Shown: positions 18,764 to 29,200, counted from the stretch's first letter. The stretch: DNA of 64,000 nt from an uncultured Chloroflexia bacterium (GCA_963757595.1 CAVWRX010000007.1:157827-221826); one strand, 5' to 3'. Translations and numbers: made by a program. Notes: generated by a model not told the origin, from the sequence alone.

Positions 18764-20475
18764 CAGAAGGCCTTTCCGGCGTTCTGGAGGAGCTGCTCGG
18801 CGATCGGGCCCAGGGCGAGGGCCGGGAAGAACGTCAGGGCCCCCACGATGATCACGACGCCGATGAGGAGCACGCTCCAGAGGACGCCCGTGGTCGGGAA
18901 CGTCCCGAGCGACGCCGCGACCCGGCGCTTGCCCGCCATCGAGCCGGCGAGGGCCAGGATCGGGACGATCATCCCGTACCGCCCGATGAGCATCGCGAGC
19001 GCCCCGGCAACGTTATAGAAGGGAGTGTTGCCTGTCAGCCCCGCGAATGCCGATCCGTTGTTGCCGGTCTGACTGGAGAACGCGTACAGGATCTCGCTGA
19101 AGCCGTGCGGGCCGGAGTTAAGCGGCCCCGCGGTTCCCTCCCCGGTGACGGAGGCGAGAGCGGTGAAGCCGAGGATGCTCGCCCCAAGGACGAGGGCCGT
19201 GAGCATCGCCATCTTGATCTCGAAGGCCTCGACCTTCTTGCCGAGGAACTCGGGCGTCCGGCCGACCATGAGCCCGGCGATGAAGACGGCCAGGATGGCG
19301 CCGATGACCAGCATCCCGTAGATGCCGGCGCCGATCCCGCCCGGGGTGACCTCGCCGAGCTCCATGTTGAAGAGTGGGACGAGTCCAGCGAGGGGCTGCG
19401 TGCTGTCGTGCCAGGCGTTGATGGCCCCGGTGCTCGTGCCCGTGGTGGCGGCCATGAACAACCCGCCGACGGCGGCCCCGAAGCGGGTCTCCTTGCCCTC
19501 CATGTTGCCCGCGGCGGCCTGATCGACGCCGGCCGGGAAGAGCGGGTTGCCCGCGTACTCCACGTGCATGGCCACGACCGCTCCGACGAGGAGGATCACG
19601 GCCATCGCCCCGAAGACCGTCCAGCCCTGGCGCTGGTTGCCGGCGTAGCGGCCGAACGTGTAGGTCAGGGCGAACGACGTGATGAGCAGGGCGAAGATCT
19701 CGATCCAATTCGTGAGGCCCGTCGGGTTCTCGAACGGATGCGAGGAGTTGGCGTTGAAGAAGCCCCCGCCGTTGTTGCCGAGCTCCTTGATGAACTCCTG
19801 CGAGGCCACAGGGCCCAGGGCGATCGTCTGCTGCGCGCCCTGGAGCGTCGTCACCGCCTGCGACGGACTCCAGGTCTGCGGAACGCCCTGCCAGACGAGG
19901 ACGAGGGCCCCGACCACCGAGATCGGGAGGAGGATGTAGAGGATGCCGCGGGTCAGGTCGGTCCAGTAGTTGCCGAGGGTCCTGGTGGTCTTGCGCGTCA
20001 GGCCCCGGATGAGGGCGATGGCCACGGCCAGGCCGGTCGCTGCGGACGTGAAGTTGCGGACGGCCAGCATCGCAGCCTGGGTGAAGTACGTTGCGCCGGT
20101 CTCGCCGGAGTAGTTCTGCCAGTTCGTGTTGGTCTCGAAGCTGACCGAGGTGTTGAAGGCGAGGTCGGGAGACATCGGCGGGATGCCGCCCTGGTTGAAC
20201 GGCAGCACGTCCTGCAGCCGGAGCACGACGTACCCGGCCACGATCGCGATGACCGCCATCGACAGGACGGACACGGTGTAGCCCTTCCAGTCCTGCTCGA
20301 CGGTCTCGTCGATGCCGCAGGCGCGGTAGACGAGGCGTTCGATCGGTCGAACGACGGGGCTGAGGAAGACGCGCTCGCCCTCCATGACCCGGTGGATATA
20401 GCGGCCGAGGAAGGGCGTCGCGAGCACGATCGCGACGGCGATGGTCGCCAGCGTCAGGAAGTCGGACATGGACAT
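18763..20475 (-). CDS. kdpA: K+-transporting ATPase subunit A
   Basis: A 570-aa polytopic protein with KdpA blocks ([27 protein letters not shown]). Confidence 0.93.
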
Positions 20476-20478
20476 GAT

Positions 20479-20568
20479 CTAGAAGTCCTCGGGACGCAGG
20501 AGCGCCCACAGCAGGTAGACGAATCCGACCGCGGCGAGGATGCCGGCCAGGAGGTCCGTGACGCTCAC
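20479..20568 (-). CDS. kdpF: KdpF small subunit (29 aa), not in the ORF track
   Basis: VSVTDLLAGILAAVGFVYLLWALLRPEDF is a single TM helix with the actinobacterial KdpF C-terminal P-E-x-F. Its stop lies 3 nt before the kdpA ATG. Confidence 0.75.
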   Translation of the reverse strand: MSVTDLLAGILAAVGFVYLLWALLRPEDF

Positions 20569-20654
20569 TGGCGGACCCGGTCCACGAGGACCACGTAGCC
20601 GGCCAGCACGAGCACGCAGGCCAACCCAATGAGGAAGATCTGCAGATCTGTCAC
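20565..20654 (-). CDS. Second KdpF-like hydrophobic peptide (29 aa), translationally coupled on both sides
   Basis: VTDLQIFLIGLACVLVLAGYVVLVDRVRQ. Its GTG start overlaps the REC gene stop (GTGA), and its TGA overlaps the kdpF GTG (GTGA). The N-terminus resembles kdpF (VTDL.. versus VSVTDL..). Confidence 0.5.
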   Translation of the reverse strand: MTDLQIFLIGLACVLVLAGYVVLVDRVRQ

Positions 20655-21037
20655 GAAACAGCCCTCTCCGCGGTGATCAACCGCTCCACGGTCGCCACGA
20701 GGGTCTCCAGCGGGAACGGCTTCGGGAGGTACCCGGCGACGTTGAACTCGACCAGCCGCCTCGGGCTGACCGTCGTGGCCGTGGTGACCACCACCGGCGG
20801 CGAGCCGGCCGCACCCAACACCGAGCTCCTGAGGAAGTCCCAGCCCGTATCGCCCGGAAGGTTCAGGTCGAGGAGCACCAGAGCCGGGCGGAGGCCCGCG
20901 GACAAGGATGCCGTCGCCATCTCGGCCGACGTGGCTTCATGAACCACGTAGCCCCTCGCCCGCAGGTGGCGGGCGAGGATCTGGCGCAGGCTCTCGTCGT
21001 CCTCGATGAACAGGATCGGCGACCGCGGATCAGTCAT
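20651..21037 (-). CDS. Stand-alone CheY-like receiver domain protein (128 aa, no output domain)
   Basis: The acidic pocket and phospho-acceptor are present (FIEDDE, LLDLNLPGD), as are the T (VVVTTATT) and K (YLPKPF) residues. Confidence 0.8.
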   Translation of the reverse strand: MTDPRSPILFIEDDESLRQILARHLRARGYVVHEATSAEMATASLSAGLRPALVLLDLNLPGDTGWDFLRSSVLGAAGSPPVVVTTATTVSPRRLVEFNVAGYLPKPFPLETLVATVERLITAERAVS

Positions 21038-21287
21038 CGACGTCTCGCTCCACGGTCAGGGTCACGCCGGATTCGTCCGCCGTGAACGACGGGACGATTC
21101 GAGCTCCCGTGCCCTCCGCCATCCGCCGGGCGGGCTCCAGGAGCTGCTCGCCGAAGTTGAGCCCGCCGAGGAGGACTCGCGGAGCTCCCCCGGCTGCTAC
21201 AAGGGCGATGGCATCGCCGACGAGGCCGAGCTCCTGCTCAAGCGTGGCCAGCGTTGCTTCCTCGGGTTCCCGGTCGACGTGTCTCAC
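21030..21287 (-). CDS. Hypothetical 85-aa protein coupled to the REC gene (ATGA overlap)
   Basis: GC3 is ~80%, consistent with coding. A GTG start with no clear SD. No family recognised. Confidence 0.35.
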   Translation of the reverse strand: MRHVDREPEEATLATLEQELGLVGDAIALVAAGGAPRVLLGGLNFGEQLLEPARRMAEGTGARIVPSFTADESGVTLTVERDVDD

Positions 21288-21354
21288 GCCATTACTGTCG
21301 GCCCGGCATCCAAGAGCAGCGGCGCCAGGCAGAGCTCCCGCGCCTAAAGAACGT

Positions 21355-22089
21355 CTATCGTTGCTGCGGCTCCTGCTCCCGGACCCGGTAGCCCACGCCT
21401 GGCTCCGTCACGATGAGGTCGCGCAGCTGACCTTCCGGATCAGCAGCGGCGAGCTTGCGTCGAAGCTGGCTCACGTGGACGTAGACGTAGCTCGAGGCAC
21501 CCTGGTACGCCTCGCCCCAGACGGCCCGGAGCAGCCGGCCCTTGGTCACGAGCCGGCCCTGGTGGGCGAGCAGGACCCGCAGGATCTCGAACTCGCGGGG
21601 CGTCAGGTCGACGGGCGCCCCGCGGACCTCGACGACGTGCCGGACCGGGTCAAAGGTGAGCGGCCCGACTCGAACCCGACCCGTGGGATCGGCGGCCGGT
21701 CCGAGCGCGCGGCGGAGCGCGACCCGCAGGCGGGCGTGGAGCTCGTCCACGCCGAACGGCTTCGTGACGTAGTCGTCCGCGCCTCGCTCGAGGGCCTCGA
21801 CCTTCTCGCGCTCCTCGTAGCGACCCGACAGGATGACGATCGGCGTGGCTGCCTCCCGTCGGATCGCCCGAACGATCTCGAGGCCGTCCATGTCCGGCAG
21901 CCCGAGGTCGAGGAGGACCACGTCCGGCCGACGGATCTCCCAGTGCTGAAGCGCCGCCCGCCCATCGGCGGCCTCCTCGACGCGGTAGCCACGGGCGGCC
22001 AGGTCACGGACGAGGGCATGCCGGGTCTCCTCGTCGTCCTCGACGATGAGCATGATTGGCCCGGTCGGTGGCGTCGGTCGAGCCTTCAT
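21355..22089 (-). CDS. kdpE: OmpR-family response regulator KdpE
   Basis: A receiver domain (MLIVEDDEETR, LLDLGLPDMDG) plus an OmpR winged-helix output (LTPREFEILRVL, VGYRV). Confidence 0.88.
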   Translation of the reverse strand: MKARPTPPTGPIMLIVEDDEETRHALVRDLAARGYRVEEAADGRAALQHWEIRRPDVVLLDLGLPDMDGLEIVRAIRREAATPIVILSGRYEEREKVEALERGADDYVTKPFGVDELHARLRVALRRALGPAADPTGRVRVGPLTFDPVRHVVEVRGAPVDLTPREFEILRVLLAHQGRLVTKGRLLRAVWGEAYQGASSYVYVHVSQLRRKLAAADPEGQLRDLIVTEPGVGYRVREQEPQQR

Positions 22090-23648
22090 CGATGGCTGGA
22101 CGACGGGTCCGACGGGGCTGCGGCCATGGGAAGGTCGAGGTCGATGGCCAGGCCGCCGAGCTCGCTACGGCGGGCCGTCACCCTGCCACCCATGGCCTCG
22201 GTGAGCCCCCGGACCACGGCCAGCCCGACGCCCGTGCCGGAGCGGGAGCTGCGCGCGGTCCCAGGCACCCGGAAGAACTTCTCGAAGAGGCGAGACAGGT
22301 GTTCCGGAGCGACGCCGGGCCCGGCGTCCTCGATCGTCAGCCGGACGAACGGCTCGCCCGGAATTGCCGCGGCTCGAATCCGGATCTCGGCGTCCGACGG
22401 GGTGTACTTGAGCGCATTCTCGACGGCGTTCGTGACGGCCTCGTCCAGGAAGACGGGATCGACCTCGATCGGCGGCGCCTGGAGCTCCAGGACCACGGTC
22501 CGATCCCGGATGCGCGTGCGGAGGCGGTCGAGGGTCCGACGCACGAGGTCATCGAGCTCGAAGACATCGCGGTCGGCCAGGAGGGTGCCCGACTCGATCC
22601 GGCTCAGGTCGAGCAGGTTGGTCACGAGGCGGTTGAGGTACTCGACCTCGCGGTCGATGGCGTCGGCGCCCTCGGCCTGGTCCTCGGGGGACAGCCCGCT
22701 GCCGGGGCGCAGGGTCCCGGCTGCCGCGCGGATCGTCGCCAGCGGCGTCCGCAGATCGTGCGAAACCGACTGGAGGAGCGCCGACTTCAGCTCGTCGCTC
22801 TGTCGCGCGATCTCCGCCGCCTGGGCCTCCGCGGCGAGGCGGTCGAGCGAAATTGCCTGGCCGGTCTGGTCGGCGGCCGCGGCGAGGAGCCTGGTCTCTG
22901 CGGGATCGGGGCCGGCGGAACCGCGGGCCCGAAGGGTCCAGATCGAGCCGAGCGCTTCGGCCCCGGCCTCGATCCGGACGCGATATGCCTCCCGGTCACG
23001 GCCGCCTTTCGACCCCGGCGACCTGCTGGGCGAGTGGACCCGGACCCACTGTGCCGGTTCATCCCCGGGCATTCGCCGCAGGACGAGGTGGACCGATGGG
23101 ACATCGAGGCGAACGTCCGCGCTGGTGTCTGCCACGACCCGCTCGCTGCCCTCCGGGCCGAGGGCGACCCAGACCCTGTCCATCCGCGCCTCGGCACGCA
23201 GGATGGCGGCGATCGCCGGCAGGACAGCAGCGGTTGTCGTTCGGGTCGCCAGGGCGCGGCTGACGTTGAACAGGGCGCGGGCCTCCCGCTCCCGGGCCTG
23301 CGCGTCTGCGGTCCGGGCCCGTTGGAGCGCGGCCAACTGCCCGACGACGACGCCGACGAACAGGAGCAGGACGACGCTGAGCCACTCGGCAGGTTCGCGG
23401 ATCGTGAAGGTGTAGCGCGGTTCGGTGAAGAAGAGGTCGTAGAGGAGGAACGATGCGATCGCCGAGCCGATCGCCCCGGCAGTGCCACCCACGAGTGCGG
23501 TCGCCACGACGGCGGCGAGGTAGATCGCGGAGGCATTGGGGACCTCCGCGGAGTTCTGGATGAGGGCGATCGTCAGGGTGGCGAGGACGAGCGAGCCGAC
23601 GGCAACGCCGAGGGACCTGGCCAGCTCCTGCGTCCGTGGAGACCTCAT
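22086..23648 (-). CDS. kdpD: KdpD C-terminal half: DUF4118 membrane domain, GAF-like region, HisKA, HATPase_c sensor kinase
   Basis: DUF4118 block (ASAIYLAAVVATA...LLYDLFFTEPRYTFTI), H-box (SVSHDLRTPLATIRAAAGTL), and G-boxes (GPGVAPEHLSRLFEKFFR, GTGVGLAVV). It overlaps the kdpE start. Confidence 0.88.
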   Translation of the reverse strand: MRSPRTQELARSLGVAVGSLVLATLTIALIQNSAEVPNASAIYLAAVVATALVGGTAGAIGSAIASFLLYDLFFTEPRYTFTIREPAEWLSVVLLLFVGVVVGQLAALQRARTADAQAREREARALFNVSRALATRTTTAAVLPAIAAILRAEARMDRVWVALGPEGSERVVADTSADVRLDVPSVHLVLRRMPGDEPAQWVRVHSPSRSPGSKGGRDREAYRVRIEAGAEALGSIWTLRARGSAGPDPAETRLLAAAADQTGQAISLDRLAAEAQAAEIARQSDELKSALLQSVSHDLRTPLATIRAAAGTLRPGSGLSPEDQAEGADAIDREVEYLNRLVTNLLDLSRIESGTLLADRDVFELDDLVRRTLDRLRTRIRDRTVVLELQAPPIEVDPVFLDEAVTNAVENALKYTPSDAEIRIRAAAIPGEPFVRLTIEDAGPGVAPEHLSRLFEKFFRVPGTARSSRSGTGVGLAVVRGLTEAMGGRVTARRSELGGLAIDLDLPMAAAPSDPSSSHR

Positions 23649-23735
23649 CGGCCGGATCGTATCGCGGCGAGGCCCCGGTCGGACGCCGTCGGGCGGGGCT
23701 TGCGAGTGGCGCGGGTAGCGCGAGTGATGGCCCGG

Positions 23736-26700
23736 TCAGCCGAGCCGGCGCATCCCGGCATGCCCGAGCTGCCGGACGCCTTCGGGCCTAGCCGGCCCGC
23801 CGGCACCGTCCGCGACCTCGGGCAGTGGCCGCACCTCGCGGGCGACCACGTTCACGACCGACGACTCCCGCTGCAGGTCGCCGTCCACGAGCAGCAGCGC
23901 ATGGCGCCGCACGACTCCGCGCAGCCTGGCCCACGTATCGGGCCAGAGCGTGACGTTGACCATGCCCGTCTCGTCCTCGAGGGCCAGGAAGACCGTGCCC
24001 TTCGCCGTCATCGGGTGCTGGCGCGTGACGACGAGCCCGCCGATCCGGACCGGGCCCGGGCGACGATCCGCGAGGGCCGCGTTCGGGACCGCGCCCAGGC
24101 GATCGAGGGCCGGCCGGAAAAGCGAGACGACCTGGCGTCCGGCATCGAGACCGACGACTGCATAGGCATCCCCGACCCGCTCCGGCTCGCTGATCGGCGG
24201 CAGGTCCGGAGCCTCCGTGGCCGGGAGCCGGAGATCCATCGGCCGCCCGGCAGCAGTGGAGCGGCGGCCGCCTGACCTCCCCGCGGCGCGCACCGCGCGG
24301 CCGTCCACCCGCCCACGGGATGCGCCGGCCACCTCGCGGAGCTGCCACAGGAGCTCTCGCCGTGGCCGGCCGAGGGAGTCGAGCGCGCCCGTCCGGATCA
24401 GCCGCTCGATCGTCTCCTCGGGCAGGCCGGTCCGTTCGACGACATCGGCCAGCGACGTGTACGGCCCTCGCCCGAGCTCGCGATCGAGGAGCTCCTCGTG
24501 CTGCTCGCCGATCCCCTTCACGAGGTGCAGCCCGAGCCGGACACCCCAGCCGACGGCACTCTCGGCGACCCAGCGATCGCGGGCCACGGCGCCCGGGTTG
24601 AAGCAGGCCGAGGTCCGGACCGGCCGGGGCCGGGCCGCGATCCCGGCGCCCTCGGGGATCGGCTCGCCGGCATCGGCGTCGTGCGAGCCGTCGTCGCCGG
24701 CCGGGCCGGCGAGCGCCCAGCCGGGTCGCCCGGCCCACTCGGTGACGGTCCTGTAGCTCGAGGCGTTGATGTCGACCGGGAGCACGGCGACCCCGTGGCG
24801 CTTGGCGTCGTTGACCAGGACCTCCACCGGGTAGAAACCCATGGGCTGAGCGTTGATCAGCCCGACCAGGAACTGGGCCGGATAGAACAGCTTCAGGAAC
24901 GCGGATTCGTAGGCCGTCCGCGCGAACGCGGCCGCGTGGCTCTTGGCAAATCCGAAGCTCGCGAACGCCGAGACCTGCCGGAAGAGCTCCTCGGCGGTGT
25001 CCTCGGCCATGCCCGGCTGGCGCAGGCAGCCGTCGATGAACTGACGATGGAGCTTCTCCATCTCCCGCGTCGAGCGCCACGTGCCCATGGCCCGCCGGAA
25101 GCCGTCCGAATCGGCCGGGGTGAACCCGGCGACCTCGATGGCGACCTTCATGACCTGCTCCTGGTAGAGGATCACGCCCATCGTCTCGGCCAGGATCGGC
25201 TCGAGGCTCGGGTGGAGGTAGGTCACCGGCTCCAGGCCCTGCTTGCGTCGCAGGTACGGGTGAACGGCGTTCCCCTGGATCGGGCCGGGCCGGATGATCG
25301 CGACCTCGACCACGAGGTCGTCGAGGTTCTGTGGTCGCGACTTCGGGAGCGTCTGCATCTGGGCCCGGCTCTCGACCTGGAAGACGCCGACCGTGTCCGC
25401 GGCCTGGAGCATGGCGAAGACCTCGGGGATGTCCTCGGGGATCGCGTCGAGGTCGATGCAGGTGGCGCAGTCCGATTCGATGAGCCCGAGCGTCTCGTCG
25501 ATCGCGGCGAGCATGCCGAGACCCAGCAGGTCCAGCTTGATGAGCTTGAGGGTCTCGACGTCGCGCTTGTCGAACTGGACCACGACGCGATCCTTCATCG
25601 TGGCCCGCTCCAGCGGGGCGATGTCGATGAGCGGCGCCGCCGTCACCAGCATCCCGCCCGAGTGGATGGAGAGGTGGCGCGGGAAGCCGTCGATGCGGGC
25701 GCAGAACTCGAGCCAGCGCTCCCAGTCGCTCATCCCGATCGTGCTGCCGCCGCGGGGCTGGGGCCGCGACTCGGGCTCGACGCGGGCCACGGAGCTCCGA
25801 GCCGCGCTCGGCGACATTCCCCGCGCGGCCCCGGTGGCCCCGTCACGACCCATCGGTACCGTCCGCGGGCCCGGCGGATCCCAGTGATTCGGCCGGCCCA
25901 GCCGATCGGTTCGCCGAGCCGGTGGCGCGACGGCCCCGCTCTCCGGGTCGATCGGCCGGCCGTCGACCAGCCCAGGCGCTGCCTCGTAGCCCGTGCCGCG
26001 GCCGGCCCGCAACCAGGCCACGCTCGCCGGCGAATCGCCCGGGCCGCCTTCGTCGTCCGACGACCCGCGGCGCACGTTGAGCTGGCCCATCCGATCCGTG
26101 AGCCCGCGTTCCCCGGTTCGTGCCGCCACTGCCCGGACGGGATCCTCGCCCGGGCGGCGGAAGAACTCCGCGAACCCGCCGTCCGCCTCGAGGTCCCGGC
26201 GGACCATCACGGAGTCGTACGTTTCGAGGGCCTTGGCCACGCGATCCACGAGCGGCCGGGGAAACCCGAGCGCATATCCCACTTCGCGGACGGCGGACCT
26301 CGCCCGGTACGTGACGAGGTTGCAGACCATCCCGGTGTGCTCCGGGCCGTAGCGCTCGTAGACGTACTGGATGACCTCCTCACGTCGTGCCGAGCTGAAG
26401 TCGATGTCGACGTCCGGGTAGGTCGTCCGACCCTCGTTGATGAACCGCTCGAAGAGGAGGTTGTGGCGGATCGGGTCCACGCGGGTGATCCCCAGGGCAT
26501 AGGCCACGATCGAATTGGCCGCGCTGCCGCGGCCCTGTGCCGGGATCCCCTGGGTCTTGGCGAAGCGCATGAGATCCCAGCAGATCAGGAAGAACTCGGC
26601 GAGGCCCGTCCGCTCCACGACGTCGAGCTCGTGCGCAAGCTGGCGCACGACCGCCGGCGAAACCGGGTGGTACCGACGCCGAACCCCGGCCTGGCAGAGC

Positions 26701-27830
26701 TCCACGAGATGGCTGAAGGCCGTCTCGCCGGGCGGGACCGGGAAGCCCGGGAAGCGATACCGCTCGAAGCCCAGGTCCACGGAGCACGATGCGGCGATCT
26801 CGACCGAGGTCGCGATCCCCTCGGCCCAGGCCCTCGAGGTCCGCGGATCGGCGCGGGCAAGAGCCGTTTCCCCCGGCGGCAGCGCGAGCATCTCGTCGCC
26901 CGACTTCAGGTGCCACTCGACGCCCTGCCGCCGGAGATCTCCGAGGGCGTCGAGAGTCCGGCCGTTGGCAATCGCCGTGACGATGTCGCCGAGCTCCCGA
27001 TCCTCCGGTCGGGCGTGATGAACGTCGTTGGTGACGACCACCGGTAGGCCGATCTCCGCGGCGAGCGCCGCCGTCTCCGCCACGAGCCAGTCATCGTCGG
27101 CAAGCAGGTGATGCGAGAGCTCCAGGAAGAACCCCGCTCCGGCGACGCCGTCACCCGAACCCGGGCCGAAGGCCGTCGCGTACCGGCGAGCGACCGCGCC
27201 CGCACCCGCACGATCCCCGACCCGGAGGCGACGGGCGATCTCGCCCTCGCGGCAGCCCGAGAGGGCCACGATACCCTCGGCGTGCTCCGTCAGGAGCGCC
27301 TGGCTGAACCGCGGAACGCGCTTGGTCCCGGCCAGGTTGGCCCGCGAGACGAGGCGGCAGAGGCTCCGGTAGCCCGCGGCGTCCCGGGCGAGCAGGACCA
27401 GGTGCGGCCCTCGCTGGCGCTCGGCGACGCCCCGGAGGTCCTCCTTCACGATGACCCGATGGCCGGGCAACCGCCGTCGTTCCGGACGAGGCCGGGCAGG
27501 ATCGCCCTCGCGGGCCACGGCCATCGGCTCGGCGGCCGCGGCTCCACGGCCGCCGCGAGCGAGCCGTCGCCGCGGGATCACGATCCCGCCGGGATCGGGG
27601 GCCGCGGCATCGAGGAGCTCGATCTCCAGGCCGATCACGGGCCGGAGGCCGGCCTCCTGCGCCGCGGCGGCAAATCGGACCACGCCGTACAGCCCGAGGT
27701 GATCGGTGATCCCGAGCGCCGTGAGCCCGAGTTCGACGGCCCGCTCCACCAGGTCTTCGACGGGCGATGCGCCGTCAAGGAACGAGAAGTTGGAATGGCA
27801 GTGGAGTTCGGCGTACGCGGCTGAGGCCAT
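23736..27830 (-). CDS. dnaE2: Error-prone DNA polymerase III alpha-like (DnaE2/ImuC), with low-complexity insertions
   Basis: N-terminal PHP domain (AELHCHSNFSFLDGAS, LGITDHLGLYG), polymerase core blocks, and a C-terminal OB region. The real start is ATG 27830. The upstream 219 codons of the raw ORF are junk. It is 1364 aa with a ~120-aa low-complexity insert. Confidence 0.88.
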   Translation of the reverse strand: MASAAYAELHCHSNFSFLDGASPVEDLVERAVELGLTALGITDHLGLYGVVRFAAAAQEAGLRPVIGLEIELLDAAAPDPGGIVIPRRRLARGGRGAAAAEPMAVAREGDPARPRPERRRLPGHRVIVKEDLRGVAERQRGPHLVLLARDAAGYRSLCRLVSRANLAGTKRVPRFSQALLTEHAEGIVALSGCREGEIARRLRVGDRAGAGAVARRYATAFGPGSGDGVAGAGFFLELSHHLLADDDWLVAETAALAAEIGLPVVVTNDVHHARPEDRELGDIVTAIANGRTLDALGDLRRQGVEWHLKSGDEMLALPPGETALARADPRTSRAWAEGIATSVEIAASCSVDLGFERYRFPGFPVPPGETAFSHLVELCQAGVRRRYHPVSPAVVRQLAHELDVVERTGLAEFFLICWDLMRFAKTQGIPAQGRGSAANSIVAYALGITRVDPIRHNLLFERFINEGRTTYPDVDIDFSSARREEVIQYVYERYGPEHTGMVCNLVTYRARSAVREVGYALGFPRPLVDRVAKALETYDSVMVRRDLEADGGFAEFFRRPGEDPVRAVAARTGERGLTDRMGQLNVRRGSSDDEGGPGDSPASVAWLRAGRGTGYEAAPGLVDGRPIDPESGAVAPPARRTDRLGRPNHWDPPGPRTVPMGRDGATGAARGMSPSAARSSVARVEPESRPQPRGGSTIGMSDWERWLEFCARIDGFPRHLSIHSGGMLVTAAPLIDIAPLERATMKDRVVVQFDKRDVETLKLIKLDLLGLGMLAAIDETLGLIESDCATCIDLDAIPEDIPEVFAMLQAADTVGVFQVESRAQMQTLPKSRPQNLDDLVVEVAIIRPGPIQGNAVHPYLRRKQGLEPVTYLHPSLEPILAETMGVILYQEQVMKVAIEVAGFTPADSDGFRRAMGTWRSTREMEKLHRQFIDGCLRQPGMAEDTAEELFRQVSAFASFGFAKSHAAAFARTAYESAFLKLFYPAQFLVGLINAQPMGFYPVEVLVNDAKRHGVAVLPVDINASSYRTVTEWAGRPGWALAGPAGDDGSHDADAGEPIPEGAGIAARPRPVRTSACFNPGAVARDRWVAESAVGWGVRLGLHLVKGIGEQHEELLDRELGRGPYTSLADVVERTGLPEETIERLIRTGALDSLGRPRRELLWQLREVAGASRGRVDGRAVRAAGRSGGRRSTAAGRPMDLRLPATEAPDLPPISEPERVGDAYAVVGLDAGRQVVSLFRPALDRLGAVPNAALADRRPGPVRIGGLVVTRQHPMTAKGTVFLALEDETGMVNVTLWPDTWARLRGVVRRHALLLVDGDLQRESSVVNVVAREVRPLPEVADGAGGPARPEGVRQLGHAGMRRLG

Positions 27831-27875
27831 GGGCAGCAACCAGGGGTGCGGAGGCGATCCGGGGGACCGACATGA

Positions 27876-27891
27876 TAGAACAAATGTTCTA
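27876..27891. promoter_or_regulatory. LexA/SOS box (TAGAAC-AAAT-GTTCTA) in the AT-rich promoter about 45 nt upstream of dnaE2
   Basis: A perfect 16-bp palindrome with a GAAC-N4-GTTC core sits in an unusually AT-rich island. A TATCAT -10-like hexamer lies immediately downstream on the sense strand. Confidence 0.7.
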
Positions 27892-28254
27892 CTGAGAAAA
27901 GTCCCATCGAACGCCACATCGAGGCCGGTCGTTTCGTCTGAACAGCCGTGGAACCCAAACTCCGCATGGTCCGCACCCTCGCTGTCGTCATGACGCGGAT
28001 CCTCACGATGATCGCCATCGCGGCCGTGATGATCCTCGTCCTCCTCCCGGCAGCCCTTGCGGTCCAGGCGAAGGGTGGCTGAGCTCCACGCAACGAACGG
28101 TCCGGGCCCTGTCCCGGACCACTGGCGCCGGCAGGTCCGGGGACCGAAGGCGACCGGGTCGAACGCCTGGTGAGCGGGCGTTCGACACCAGCACAGGACC
28201 CCGTCGCTCTGGGGGCGACGGGGTCCTGTCACGTTCGGCGGTAGCATTGCCGGC

Positions 28255-28809
28255 ATGCATCGACGAAGCCCCGGACCGGCCCGGCCGAACCGGCTGTCCG
28301 GGTCAGCGATCGGGGCAGCAGTCGTCGCGGCCATCGTGCTGGTCGCCTGCTCCTCGACGGCGACGCCGAGTCCGAGCGTGGTGCCAACCGAGTCGACGGC
28401 CGCGGCCTCGCCGTCTCCTGGCCTGACCCCGATCCCGACCGAACCCGGCGGCTCACCCGCACCGACGCCCCCCGGCCAGACCGCCACGGACTGGGGCCGA
28501 ATCTGGGACTCGGTCCCCGCGACTTTCCCCGTCTACCCCGGCGCCCATCCGACGGACACCGGGGCCGGCCCCGCGAGCGCGATCCTCGACGCCGCCGCCG
28601 CGAAGCCCGCGGAGGTCGCGACCTTCTACCAGACGGCCATGACCGGTGCCGGGCTCAGCATCGTCTCCAAGGACGGGCCGAGGGAAGACGCGAGCTACGA
28701 CCTGCTCGCCGGAGATGGTGCTTCGTGCGCGGTCGAGGTCACCGCGGCGCCGCAGGGCACGTCGACCATCGTGACCATAATGTATGCGGCCGGCTGCCCC
28801 TTCCCCTAG
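28255..28809 (+). CDS. Hypothetical lipoprotein
   Basis: A signal peptide with lipobox LVACSS, then a Pro/Thr-rich linker and a globular domain. It is on the opposite strand between imuB and dnaE2. Confidence 0.6.
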   Translation: MHRRSPGPARPNRLSGSAIGAAVVAAIVLVACSSTATPSPSVVPTESTAAASPSPGLTPIPTEPGGSPAPTPPGQTATDWGRIWDSVPATFPVYPGAHPTDTGAGPASAILDAAAAKPAEVATFYQTAMTGAGLSIVSKDGPREDASYDLLAGDGASCAVEVTAAPQGTSTIVTIMYAAGCPFP

Positions 28810-28829
28810 GCCGGAAAGGATCATCTGCA

Positions 28830-28934
28830 TGGAACCGCGAGCCAAGGATGTCATCGGTGCCGGCCTGCTTGTGGCCGTCCTGATCGGCCTCGTCGCACTG
28901 CTCTTCTTCCTCGCCTGGCAGGCGGCCGCCTGAC
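28830..28934 (+). CDS. Putative 34-aa single-TM peptide
   Basis: MEPRAKDVIGAGLLVAVLIGLVALLFFLAWQAAA. It starts 21 nt after the lipoprotein stop. The RBS is weak. Confidence 0.35.
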
Positions 28935-29200
28935 CGGTCGAGCAATGGAACGGGCGATCGATCCCGCCGAAAATCGGTGCGCACGGGTGCGAAGTTGCAG
29001 CTACACTCCCCCCGAGCGGATCGACCGGGACCGGTCCGCCGTTGGGGGGATGCTGGGTGCAGACGGCTCGACCACGTGATGTGGGGGCGCTCGTATTCGT
29101 TGTGGGGCTCTTCGTGGTGTTGTTCCTGATCACGGCGTTCGTGCCGACACACTGAGCGCCCGGGTGCCGGCGAGGACGTCGGAACACCCAATCGGAACAG

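Noticed and set aside
23788-27047. Several 400-850-aa ORFs in alternative frames and on the opposite strand within dnaE2
   Set aside because: The DnaE2 PHP and polymerase motifs are on the minus strand in one continuous frame. These are GC-driven shadow ORFs.
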